A stretch of 64,000 bases of DNA from Candidatus Omnitrophota bacterium (GTDB lineage: Bacteria > Omnitrophota > Gorgyraeia > JAHIPI01), in contig JADHVZ010000002.1 of NCBI GenBank assembly GCA_016783745.1, positions 12,012 through 76,011 of the forward strand, given 5' to 3'. A program made the position numbers and the translations under genes. Positions 9,768 to 18,362 of the stretch are shown here, piece after piece. Every line of letters begins with the position of its first letter. The first letter of the stretch is position 1. Below the pieces are notes generated by a model that was not told where the DNA came from, searched no databases, and saw only the letters and a program-made list of their open reading frames with translations.

Positions 9768-11327
9768 TTATTGGTCCAGTTCGATTGAAAGCGGCACATT
9801 GGCGCTTGACGTAAGATCTGCGCCTTTGAAGTCATCCTTCAGGATGTTGACCGTCATAAAGATGATAAGCTCTGTTTTTTCCACATACTGTTCGGTTTTC
9901 TTAAACCACCAGTCGCCTATTCCCGGGATATCGCCTAAAAACGGGACCTTGTTTTCGTAATCCACGTTATTTTCCTTGATAAGCCCGCCTATCATAAGGG
10001 TATCGCCGTCCCGCACCATGACCTGGGTCGCCGCCTGGCGCACCGAATACCTGGGAGCCGTTATGCCCCTCGCCGCATCAAGCACATCATACCCAAGAAG
10101 GTCTGATACCTCCGGTATCAGGTCAACTACGATGTCTCCCACATCATTGATGTGGGGAACGACAAAAAGTTTTATGCCAAGTTCCTTTTCCGTATATCCT
10201 GTTATCTCAATGGTGCCGGTATCAGGGTTACGCTCAAAGGTAGGGATGGCTATTATTATTCCTACAAGTATCGTGGCCGGTTTATTATTCAGTGTGGTAA
10301 CGCGCGGATTGGATACGATCTCGGTGTTCCTTCTGGATTTTAGATATTCCAGCACCGCCGCGAATTGAGAAAAATCAAGGGTTCCCATGGTAAAACTGCC
10401 TGTGGTCGCAAGAGGCATAGAGCTCATTGAAGTGGAGTGGAAGTCATCCGAAGGTACAGTACTCTGGTTTTCGAGTCCGCCGGTCTCAGCCCCCTTTCCT
10501 ATCGGTAAAAAATCACCCAACTCAAACTTTCCCAAGAGCCTCGAACCGGCCGTCTCAAAGGGGAATACCCATGGCCTGCTCGCGCCGGTTGCAGTGATCT
10601 TCGCATTCCAGTCAATACCAAGCTTCTCATCGCCGTCCAATGTGGTCTCTATGATCTTCGAGGAAATCAGGACCTGTTGCGTCTTCGCGTCCAGCTTGCC
10701 TATTACCCGCCTTATCTTGTAAAGGTTAGTCGGAATGTCAGTGACGATCAAGACATTCGTCCTCTCGTCGAATTTTATTTTATCTTTGCCGCGGTCGGTC
10801 AACATCTCTTTTATCGATTCCGCGACCTCCGCAGACTTAGCGTAATTAAGGGTGAACACCTCGGTAGTAAGCTCTTCCTGCTGGAGATTTTCGAGCGTAG
10901 TCACTCTTATGATGTTCTCATTTTTTTCATAAGCATAGCCGTAATTTTTGCAAATGATCTCAAGCGCTGTCTCCCAGTTTACGTTGCTTAATCTTATCGT
11001 TACAAATCCCTCAACGTCTCTTCCGGCTACAATATTGACACCGCTTTTTTCCGCCAGTACCCTCAATACTGTTTTTATGTCCGCGTCCTTAAAGTCTATG
11101 GTGATATTACCGGGCGCTATCTTCTTGGCAACCAATTTTTTTTCGGATGATGCCGCATCCTCAACCGGCGTGATGACTTTAGCGTCCTCTTCTGGGATGG
11201 GATCGCTGTCTTGAGGAACTTCTTCTTCAGCGTGACACGGGGCGCTGTCCATGTAAAAAAACGACATGGCCATAAATGAAAGAAATAAAACTATGACACC
11301 GGATAATAACATTTTCCCGCTTCTCAA
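9768..11327 (-). CDS. pilQ: Type IV pilus secretin PilQ
   Basis: 519 aa. It has a signal peptide and N0/secretin domains, including the secretin signature VSNPRVTTLNNKPATILVG. Confidence 0.85.
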   Translation of the reverse strand: MRSGKMLLSGVIVLFLSFMAMSFFYMDSAPCHAEEEVPQDSDPIPEEDAKVITPVEDAASSEKKLVAKKIAPGNITIDFKDADIKTVLRVLAEKSGVNIVAGRDVEGFVTIRLSNVNWETALEIICKNYGYAYEKNENIIRVTTLENLQQEELTTEVFTLNYAKSAEVAESIKEMLTDRGKDKIKFDERTNVLIVTDIPTNLYKIRRVIGKLDAKTQQVLISSKIIETTLDGDEKLGIDWNAKITATGASRPWVFPFETAGSRLLGKFELGDFLPIGKGAETGGLENQSTVPSDDFHSTSMSSMPLATTGSFTMGTLDFSQFAAVLEYLKSRRNTEIVSNPRVTTLNNKPATILVGIIIAIPTFERNPDTGTIEITGYTEKELGIKLFVVPHINDVGDIVVDLIPEVSDLLGYDVLDAARGITAPRYSVRQAATQVMVRDGDTLMIGGLIKENNVDYENKVPFLGDIPGIGDWWFKKTEQYVEKTELIIFMTVNILKDDFKGADLTSSANVPLSIELDQ

Positions 11328-11713
11328 TTTATTCCTCCTTCCACCTCAAGATCTATGGTATGAGTCTCCCCGTGGATCTTAAGCGTAATAGCTTTTTCCA
11401 TAATTTTAATGATCTCGACATTATTGATCTTATCGCCCTCGCCCACTATCTCGCTGTTTAAAACCGCGACAGAGTTTCCGTAGGGGTCAAATATCACCCC
11501 TTCAAACTTAACGTCTTCCACGCTCTCTATACCGTCAATGCCCAGTGATAATCTTTTCTGTCCGGTTACCAGCGGCATAAAAGGGTCTCTCCTGTCGCCT
11601 ATCTTATAAACAAAAACCTCTTCGCCGGAGGGCTGTGTGTTTCCTGCCGGCAGTGACGCGGTTATAAAAAAAATGATAAATAAGACCGGAAATCTTCCGC
11701 GCATTCTACTCAC
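11324..11713 (-). CDS. pilP: Pilus assembly protein PilP (lipoprotein-like)
   Basis: 129 aa. It carries the conserved RDPF motif typical of PilP. Its position is between pilO and pilQ. Confidence 0.6.
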   Translation of the reverse strand: MSRMRGRFPVLFIIFFITASLPAGNTQPSGEEVFVYKIGDRRDPFMPLVTGQKRLSLGIDGIESVEDVKFEGVIFDPYGNSVAVLNSEIVGEGDKINNVEIIKIMEKAITLKIHGETHTIDLEVEGGIN

Positions 11714-12302
11714 CTTTCAAGATGAATGTTTTTACAACAAGCTGCACATTGTGACGTTTAGGATTCAGCGGGTTAGCAGCTATCTCTATATCCGATACTT
11801 CCATAAACCTCTTACCGCTTTCCAGCGCCGCGATAAAGGTGCCGAGCTGATGGTAGCCGCACAGAGCTTTTATAAGGATCCTTTGCTGGCTATAGATATC
11901 GGACGAATTCATATCAGCCTCATCCAGTTCTTCTTTTACGGGTATTATCTCAGTGATCTTGACTCCGGTGTCCATGGCCATCTCAGAGAGACGCTCAAGC
12001 ACCTCAGGGAATTCCTCCTCTTTGGGCAGTTTATTAAGGTAAAAATCCGCCTTCGCCTTAAGTTCGCCTACCTCTTTTTTTATAACAGGCATTCTGTCGA
12101 TAGAAAGCTCGGCCTTGGCTATCCGGCTCTCTGTTCTGGATACCTCGCGAAACGCGGAAAGGAATTTCGCTACTATCGGAGAAATAAAAAATAGATAATA
12201 GCCGGCAAGCGCCAGAAGGCATATTATAAGGGCTATGGCCATGATCTCACGCTTCTTTGCCTTCTTCAAAAAACTCAATGGATCAAAATTTATCTTCTTC
12301 AT
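11706..12302 (-). CDS. pilO: Pilus assembly protein PilO
   Basis: 198-aa bitopic protein with a single N-terminal TM segment and a coiled-coil. Its position is between pilN and pilP. Confidence 0.6.
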   Translation of the reverse strand: MKKINFDPLSFLKKAKKREIMAIALIICLLALAGYYLFFISPIVAKFLSAFREVSRTESRIAKAELSIDRMPVIKKEVGELKAKADFYLNKLPKEEEFPEVLERLSEMAMDTGVKITEIIPVKEELDEADMNSSDIYSQQRILIKALCGYHQLGTFIAALESGKRFMEVSDIEIAANPLNPKRHNVQLVVKTFILKGE

Positions 12303-12310
12303 AGCGCCTT

Positions 12311-12943
12311 CTATTTAAAATAGCAGATCAGCTCAAAATCCATAATTTCGATATCTTTTAAGCGCGATCGCTGTATGGAGGTAGCCTCGACTTCTTCATA
12401 GTCTGCAAAAAAAGACTTGTTATTCTTAAGGCTTTTAATAAACTTACCTATAGCGGCGGTCTCTTCGCCGCCTTTTGCGATAACGCTGCCGTTAATATGC
12501 AGCGTTTTGATTATTTTTTTTCTGGTGATCGTCTGTGGCTGCTGGTCCTCACTGCCCGAACGCTTAAGCTCCATTCTTTCCAGCAGCGTCTCCTGCTCAA
12601 GCCATAATCTATTAAGCCAGACTCCGGGGGTCATGACATCGCTCAGGTCGCTTAACTTCTTCGCCCAGCTCATCCTGCCTTGGATCAGGCTGTCAATAGC
12701 ATCTATCTTTACCCTCTTAGTGGTAAGCTCGTCTGTGAGTTCATCGGCGATTTTTTTTTCCGGCTGAAGCGCTTGCCACTTATCCTCCAGCTCAGCAAGG
12801 CTCTTCTCTTTCATATTCGTGGAAAATCCGAGGATAATATGCACCAGAACAACTATAATAACAAGCGGGAGAAATGATATATTCGGAAGCTCGACCTTTT
12901 TTACTCTTAATTCTTTAGGAAGCAGGTTTATTTTAATCATCAT
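12311..12943 (-). CDS. pilN: Pilus assembly protein PilN
   Basis: 210 aa. It starts MMIKINLLPKE (the PilN INLLP signature) followed by a TM helix. Confidence 0.75.
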   Translation of the reverse strand: MMIKINLLPKELRVKKVELPNISFLPLVIIVVLVHIILGFSTNMKEKSLAELEDKWQALQPEKKIADELTDELTTKRVKIDAIDSLIQGRMSWAKKLSDLSDVMTPGVWLNRLWLEQETLLERMELKRSGSEDQQPQTITRKKIIKTLHINGSVIAKGGEETAAIGKFIKSLKNNKSFFADYEEVEATSIQRSRLKDIEIMDFELICYFK

Positions 12944-12947
12944 AGGT

Positions 12948-14015
12948 TCACCTCAAGGCCAGTCCTATCGCCACGCCCAGCTGATCCTTTATCCTGGAAA
13001 GCAATTCCTTGTCAATGGCAGGGTCTATTTCCATGCCGGCGATCGGGTCCCATTGAGCGACTTCTATGTCAAGGGTTTCCTTGAACAGGCCCGATACCTC
13101 ATTTATCCTGGCCCCTCCTCCGGTCAGAAACGCGCTCTCTATTCCCTTGCCCGATTGATTTTCATAGTAACTAAAGGAAAGCCTCACCTCATCGATAATA
13201 TTATGTAAAATAGCCTTCATTTTTTCATCGACCTTATCTGAGCGGGCGCCGGGATTTAATTTCATGTCCTCTGCTGCGGCCAGATCTACGGACATGGCTT
13301 CTGAAATTGATTTAGTAATATCGTTTCCTCCGAGCTGAATGACTCTGGAAAAATAGAGGATCCCCTCATCAAGTATATTAATATCAGTTGCCGTTGCCCC
13401 GATGTCGATTAAAGCGGAAGCTCCGGCCTTATCCCTATCCGCGCTATTGAGAAAGGCATTGACATTCGCGAACGAGGCGATGTCCAGCATTCCTATGGAT
13501 AATCCCGCTTCAGCGATCATCTTTGCCCGCTCATATACAGCGGCTTTTTTCGCGGCTGCAAGCAAGACACGCATCTTATTTTCGGTGCCTATACGCGGCT
13601 GTAGAAGCTGATGATCAATAAAAACCTCATCAATTGTAAAGGGTAGATATTTTTCAGCTTCAAACGGGATAGCGTTTTTAAGCTCTTCAGGTGTCATGTG
13701 CGGTAATTCTATAAATCTGACTACTACTGACGGGCCTGAGAGTGCGGTATTGACTTCTTTGCCCGTGATCTTCGTTTTAAAGATCACTTCCTTTAACGCG
13801 CTAAGCCGGTTGTCGTTGTAGGGCGCGGATATCTTCTTATAAAAAAGATTTTTTATCTTCAGGCCGTCCCGCTCTTTTGAGAGTTCGACATATTTTATCG
13901 CTTGCGAACCTATGTCCAGCCCTATTTGACTTACTTCGGCTTTTGGCCCGAAAAGTTCTATTTTCCCGAATTTTTTTAGGATATTATTCATCATGTAGTG
14001 AATGCCCCCCGACAT
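12948..14015 (-). CDS. pilM: Type IV pilus assembly ATPase-fold protein PilM
   Basis: 355-aa actin-like (FtsA/MreB fold) protein. It lies directly upstream of pilN. Confidence 0.85.
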   Translation of the reverse strand: MSGGIHYMMNNILKKFGKIELFGPKAEVSQIGLDIGSQAIKYVELSKERDGLKIKNLFYKKISAPYNDNRLSALKEVIFKTKITGKEVNTALSGPSVVVRFIELPHMTPEELKNAIPFEAEKYLPFTIDEVFIDHQLLQPRIGTENKMRVLLAAAKKAAVYERAKMIAEAGLSIGMLDIASFANVNAFLNSADRDKAGASALIDIGATATDINILDEGILYFSRVIQLGGNDITKSISEAMSVDLAAAEDMKLNPGARSDKVDEKMKAILHNIIDEVRLSFSYYENQSGKGIESAFLTGGGARINEVSGLFKETLDIEVAQWDPIAGMEIDPAIDKELLSRIKDQLGVAIGLALR

Positions 14016-14337
14016 CGCAGCTGACGGGAGACGATGTACCCGTTACTCCTATAGTGTAAGTTCCGTTTGCGGGACATAAAGGCTTGCCTCCGCGCAGGTA
14101 ATTGTATATCTCCTCCTCCTGTGTCGAACTTACCGCAACCCCTTCGTTAATATTGTTTTCAAAAATCCATCTGTCTACGGCGCCTTCTATCTGCCTCAGG
14201 TTATTCTGGCAGACAGTCTGTCTTGTCAGGATACGGGTCCTGTAAAAATTAGGTATCGCCATTGTGGTAAGAACTGCGATGACGGTTATGACAATAATGA
14301 GTTCTATAAGTGTAAATCCTGCCCTCTTTTTTATCAT
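13984..14337 (-). CDS. Prepilin-type N-terminal cleavage/methylation domain protein (small pilin or pseudopilin)
   Basis: 117 aa. The N-terminus MIKKRAGFTLIELIIVITVIAVL is a class III signal with the G|FTLIE cleavage motif. The C-terminus carries CPANGTYTI…SC Cys pairs shared with its two paralogues. It overlaps the pilM start. Confidence 0.8.
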   Translation of the reverse strand: MIKKRAGFTLIELIIVITVIAVLTTMAIPNFYRTRILTRQTVCQNNLRQIEGAVDRWIFENNINEGVAVSSTQEEEIYNYLRGGKPLCPANGTYTIGVTGTSSPVSCDVGGHSLHDE

Positions 14338-14432
14338 ATTATATAAATACGATTAGTTCCTAATTAAAAAATATATCTTTAGTTAAAGGTACCATATAAC
14401 AATGGATAAGTCAAGAGAAGGCGGGATAAAAA

Positions 14433-14476
14433 CGAAAAATAAAAAAAGGCGATGGAAAAATACCAAATCCATCGCC
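14433..14476 (-). terminator. Rho-independent terminator downstream of the pilin gene at 14512-14853
   Basis: A perfect 9-bp inverted repeat (ggcgatgga at 14448-14456 and tccatcgcc at 14468-14476) has an 11-nt loop. On the plus strand an A-run at 14433-14447 precedes it, which gives a U-run after the hairpin on the minus-strand RNA. Confidence 0.7.
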
Positions 14477-14511
14477 TTTTCATTTACAAGGTCCGCTATT
14501 ACCTTAAAATA

Positions 14512-14853
14512 TTAATAGCCGGCCGGTAAAGCGCCGTGCTGGCTGCATGAAGGAGCGGTATTGACGTCATTTATCGTATAAGTACCGCTAGCAGGACAGT
14601 TTGGGTACCCGCCGCGCACATAATCACCAACGTTAGCCGTAGATGGAGTTGGTGTGCCGGACTGCCTTGTTTCAAGCGCCCACTGCTGCTTACCTGAATC
14701 GATCTGCCTCATATTATTGAAACATGCATTTTGCTGGGCCGTTGTTCTGGCTCTTACAAAATTAGGTATAGCTATAACCGCCAATAGACCTATAATTGCT
14801 ACAACTATCATGATTTCGACAAGCGTAAAGCCCTTTTTGTTAAGCCTTCTCAT
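14512..14853 (-). CDS. Type IV pilin (PilA-like), the likely major pilin
   Basis: 113 aa. The N-terminus MRRLNKKGFTLVEIMIVVAIIGLLAVIAIPNF is a prepilin signal. Alone among the three pilins it has its own upstream intergenic region, a sigma70-like promoter and a strong terminator. The C-terminus carries CPASGTYTI…SC. Confidence 0.8.
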   Translation of the reverse strand: MRRLNKKGFTLVEIMIVVAIIGLLAVIAIPNFVRARTTAQQNACFNNMRQIDSGKQQWALETRQSGTPTPSTANVGDYVRGGYPNCPASGTYTINDVNTAPSCSQHGALPAGY

Positions 14854-14930
14854 GTTAATCCCTCCTCTCGTGCCAATTTGGCAACTGTACAGTTAGAGAA
14901 CACCGTCACCCCTTAGGTAGGAGGTATTTT

Positions 14931-14960
14931 ATTATAATCTACCCCTGGCAATGACTTCAA
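14931..14960 (-). promoter_or_regulatory. Candidate sigma70-type promoter for the pilin gene at 14512-14853
   Basis: On the minus strand, TTGAAG (plus 14955-14960), an 18-nt spacer and TATAAT (plus 14931-14936) sit about 70 nt upstream of the pilin start codon. Confidence 0.35.
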
Positions 14961-15081
14961 GCATACCCTCTAATCTTGTACTCAACGTAGTATATCATAC
15001 CGTTGAACAAAAGTCAATATGTCAACAATAAAATTACTGTATCTTTATTGCTTACAAAGAGATACGTGAATAGCAAAATTT

Positions 15082-15405
15082 TTAAAATTCACCGTGCTCG
15101 CTGCAGGAGGGAGGTGTATCTATATTGTTTATCGTGTATGTACCTCTGCCGGGACATGCAGGAAACCCTCCACGAATATATGTGCCTACCTCACCCTCGC
15201 TGGGTGAATCAGATCCTGTCTTATTATCGAGGATCCCCCAATTCTGTTTCGCGTAATGTATCTGTCTCATACTGTTGATGCACGAACTCTGCTGGGCCGT
15301 GTTCCTGGATCTTACAAAATGAGGCACAGCAATAACGGATAAGAGGCCGATAATAGCGACTACGATCATTATTTCGACGAGAGTAAAACCTGCCCTGTAT
15401 TTCAA
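15082..15405 (-). CDS. Type IV pilin paralogue
   Basis: 107 aa. The N-terminus MKYRAGFTLVEIMIVVAIIGLLSVIAVPHF is a prepilin signal, and the C-terminus carries CPGRGTYTI…SC. It lies 19 nt downstream of pilC. Confidence 0.8.
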   Translation of the reverse strand: MKYRAGFTLVEIMIVVAIIGLLSVIAVPHFVRSRNTAQQSSCINSMRQIHYAKQNWGILDNKTGSDSPSEGEVGTYIRGGFPACPGRGTYTINNIDTPPSCSEHGEF

Positions 15406-15424
15406 TGTTACCTCACTCCCACTT

Positions 15425-16636
15425 TTACATCGTGATAATAGTCGATATTTTAAAGATCGGCAAAAACATGCAAATAACGATAGTACCTATGATCACTCCT
15501 AAAAAAGCGATGATTACGGGCTCTATTATGCTCGTCAACCCGCTTATGGCGGTATCTACCTCCGCGTCATAGAAATCAGCTATTTTAGAAAGCATCTTCT
15601 CGAGTTGACCGGTCTGCTCGCCAACATTTATCATCCTGACTACCATGGGAGGAAATACAGCGCTTTTCGAAAGAGGTTCGGCTATATTTTCTCCGTTTTT
15701 TATGCTTGCTCTTACGTTAGAAACGGCGCGCTCTATCACTTTATTGCCGGCTGTCTTGCCTACTATCTCAAGCGAGTTTAAGATCGGCACACCGCTTTTT
15801 ACCAGAGTGGAGAGTGTTCTTGTAAACTTACTGACAGCTACTTTTCTAAGTAATATACCTATTATAGGCATATTCAGTGTGAGTTTGTCGAATCGTAGAG
15901 CCCCTCTCTCTGTCTTTTTATACCGGGATATGAGTATCATAAAGACTGCCATTCCGGAAATGGTAAAAATGAAATACCTCCTTAAAAAATCGCTCACAGA
16001 TATAAGTACCTGGGTAGGCATGGGAAGCGCTGCGCCGAATCCTGCGAATATCTCCTTAAAAACAGGGATGACTTTTAAAAGTAAGATAGCCGTTATAACC
16101 ATCGCCATACCGGTGATGATGGCCGGATAGATCAGGGCCGACTTGACCTTCTTCTGGAGGATGCTCGTTTTTTCAAGGTATGTCGCCAGCCTGTCAAGGA
16201 TCTCATCAAGCATGCCGCTTGATTCACCGGCCCTTACCATATTCACAAATAAGCCGGAGAATACCTTCGGCTGCCTTGAAAGCGCCTCTGACAGACTGGA
16301 GCCGGTTTCAACATCATCCCTGATCCGGAGAATAGCGACTGAGAACCTTTTATTATCTAACTGCTCTCCTAATATATCGAGCGCGCTGACCAGAGGTATG
16401 CCCGCGTCAACCATTGTAGCCATCTGCCTGGAAAATATGACAATATCATCAAGCCCTATTTTTTTCTGGAAAAATGAGGATCCGCCCCCTGCCGATTCCT
16501 TGCTTTTCGTTAAGGAGACAATGACCAGGTTCTTTTCGCGCAATTTTTTTATGAGGGCGGGCCTGTCCGGGGCATCCAGCGCCCCGGTCACGGTCTTGCC
16601 GTCCTCACTCTTAGCCACATATTTGAATGTTGCCAC
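15425..16636 (-). CDS. pilC: Type IV pilus inner-membrane platform protein PilC (GspF family)
   Basis: 403 aa with two GspF repeats and three TM segments, in the conserved position downstream of pilB. Confidence 0.9.
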   Translation of the reverse strand: MATFKYVAKSEDGKTVTGALDAPDRPALIKKLREKNLVIVSLTKSKESAGGGSSFFQKKIGLDDIVIFSRQMATMVDAGIPLVSALDILGEQLDNKRFSVAILRIRDDVETGSSLSEALSRQPKVFSGLFVNMVRAGESSGMLDEILDRLATYLEKTSILQKKVKSALIYPAIITGMAMVITAILLLKVIPVFKEIFAGFGAALPMPTQVLISVSDFLRRYFIFTISGMAVFMILISRYKKTERGALRFDKLTLNMPIIGILLRKVAVSKFTRTLSTLVKSGVPILNSLEIVGKTAGNKVIERAVSNVRASIKNGENIAEPLSKSAVFPPMVVRMINVGEQTGQLEKMLSKIADFYDAEVDTAISGLTSIIEPVIIAFLGVIIGTIVICMFLPIFKISTIITM

Positions 16637-16640
16637 TCTG

Positions 16641-18362
16641 CTACCCCCCCGTAGTTATCCTCAATACCTCCTCTAATGTAGTATTGCCGTCTAAAAATTT
16701 TCTCAACGCGTTTTGCCTTAAAGTCTTCATCCCCTGTTTCATCGCGTATGCTTTTATCTGATCAGATGGCACGCGCCTTATCACCATATCCCTTATCGTG
16801 TCGTCTATGTTCAGTACCTCAAGTGTCCCCATGCGGCCGCAGTATCCTGTGTCGTCGCAGCGCTGGCAGCCTTTACCGGCAAAAAAATCCTTCGCGCCGG
16901 CATTTTCCAGCTCCGAACTGCCTATTCCCATTCTATCGAAAACTGATTTTGGAATGTCTACTTTTTTCTTGCAATCCGGGCATATCTTACGGCATAACCT
17001 TTGCGCGGCGACCAGGATAAGGCTTGAGGCTATCAAAAAAGGTTCTACTCCCATGTCTACCAATCTTGTGATCGAGCCGACCGCGTCATTTGTATGCAGT
17101 GTGCTCAATACCAGCTCGCCGGTCAAGGATGCCTTTATAGCTATATCGGCAGTCTCAAAATCACGTATTTCGCCTACCATTATTATGTCAGGGCTCTGCC
17201 TTAGGAGTCCGCGTAAGCCGTTGGCGAAAGTCAGGCCTATATCAGGATTGGCCTGGATCTGAGTAATTCCCTCGACCTGATATTCGACAGGATCCTCTAT
17301 CGTTATAATGTTTTTGGCAGCCGTATTAAGAGAGTTCAGGATAGAATACAGAGTCGTTGATTTTCCGCTGCCGGTCGGCCCGGTAAGCAGAATCATCCCG
17401 TAAGGCTTTTTGATGGCCTGGTTAAAAAGCTCAAGATTATCTTTTAAAAAACCGAGCTTTTCGAGGCCGACTCCTAAATTGGCTTTATCAAGTGCCCTCA
17501 AAACGACTTTACTGCCGTACGCGATGGGTAAGACGGAGACTCTGAAATCGATCTCCTTGCCCTCCAGCCTTATCTTGAATCTTCCGTCCTGCGGCAGCCT
17601 GGACTCAGTTATGTCAAGATTTGACATTATTTTTAATCTTGCCAGTATGGCATTCTGATTTCGCTTTGGCATGACCAGGGCTTCCTGAAGCGCGCCGTCG
17701 ATCCTGTATCTTATCCTTAGCTCTTTCTCGCAAGGCTCGATGTGGATATCGCTTGCTCTTTTTTTCAGGGCCTCGACCAGTATCAGGTCGACCATTTTGA
17801 CGATAGGGGCTTTTTTGCTCTCCTCGGTAAGCTGCGTGACATCGATTTCTTCTTCCTCGACTACCTCAATATCCTCTTCGCCTCCCCCATCTTCAGCCTC
17901 CTTGACAAGCTCTGCCATTTCGCTATGGCCGCCGTAATAACCTGCTATAGCTTCCTTTATATCCTGTTCTGTGGCTATCACAGGGTCTATTCTATATTTG
18001 GTCAGCATCCCTACGTCATCGATCGCGAATATATTCAGCGGGTCAGCCATCGCCAGAGTCAACGTCTTTCCGATCGCGGAGACTGGCAGGACATTATACT
18101 GCCTGGCAGTCCTCTCCGGAACTATTTTTAATACGTCGGGGGCTATCTTGTATTTGGAAAGGTTGATCGGCGGGATATTCAACTCCTGGCTCAACAGCAC
18201 CATAAGGTCTTTCTGAGAAATAAGGCCCTGCAGTATCAGTATCTCGCTTATGCTGCACTTTCTCTTTTTTTGTTCTTTGATGGCAAGATCAAGCTGCTCT
18301 TTTGTGATATATTTATTTGTCAAAAGCAGCTCCACAAATTTGTCCCTGAGTGATTTTTTCAT
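16641..18362 (-). CDS. pilB: Type IV pilus assembly ATPase PilB (GspE family), copy 1
   Basis: The ORF track extends it to 18416, but the start is better placed at MKKSLRDKF (the ATG at 18362 overlaps the upstream TGA as ATGA). It has an N-terminal MshEN-like domain, Walker A GPTGSGKST and a tetracysteine CxxC…CxxC motif. Confidence 0.9.
   Translation of the reverse strand: MKKSLRDKFVELLLTNKYITKEQLDLAIKEQKKRKCSISEILILQGLISQKDLMVLLSQELNIPPINLSKYKIAPDVLKIVPERTARQYNVLPVSAIGKTLTLAMADPLNIFAIDDVGMLTKYRIDPVIATEQDIKEAIAGYYGGHSEMAELVKEAEDGGGEEDIEVVEEEEIDVTQLTEESKKAPIVKMVDLILVEALKKRASDIHIEPCEKELRIRYRIDGALQEALVMPKRNQNAILARLKIMSNLDITESRLPQDGRFKIRLEGKEIDFRVSVLPIAYGSKVVLRALDKANLGVGLEKLGFLKDNLELFNQAIKKPYGMILLTGPTGSGKSTTLYSILNSLNTAAKNIITIEDPVEYQVEGITQIQANPDIGLTFANGLRGLLRQSPDIIMVGEIRDFETADIAIKASLTGELVLSTLHTNDAVGSITRLVDMGVEPFLIASSLILVAAQRLCRKICPDCKKKVDIPKSVFDRMGIGSSELENAGAKDFFAGKGCQRCDDTGYCGRMGTLEVLNIDDTIRDMVIRRVPSDQIKAYAMKQGMKTLRQNALRKFLDGNTTLEEVLRITTGG

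Noticed and set aside
14854-14900. Possible sigma54 promoter (GGCAC / TTGCC) upstream of the pilin gene
   Set aside because: The elements are in the wrong order and orientation for the minus strand (TTGCC precedes TGGCAC and abuts the RBS). It is more likely a chance palindrome, GTGCCAAATTGGCA. A sigma70-like -35/-10 pair further upstream fits better.
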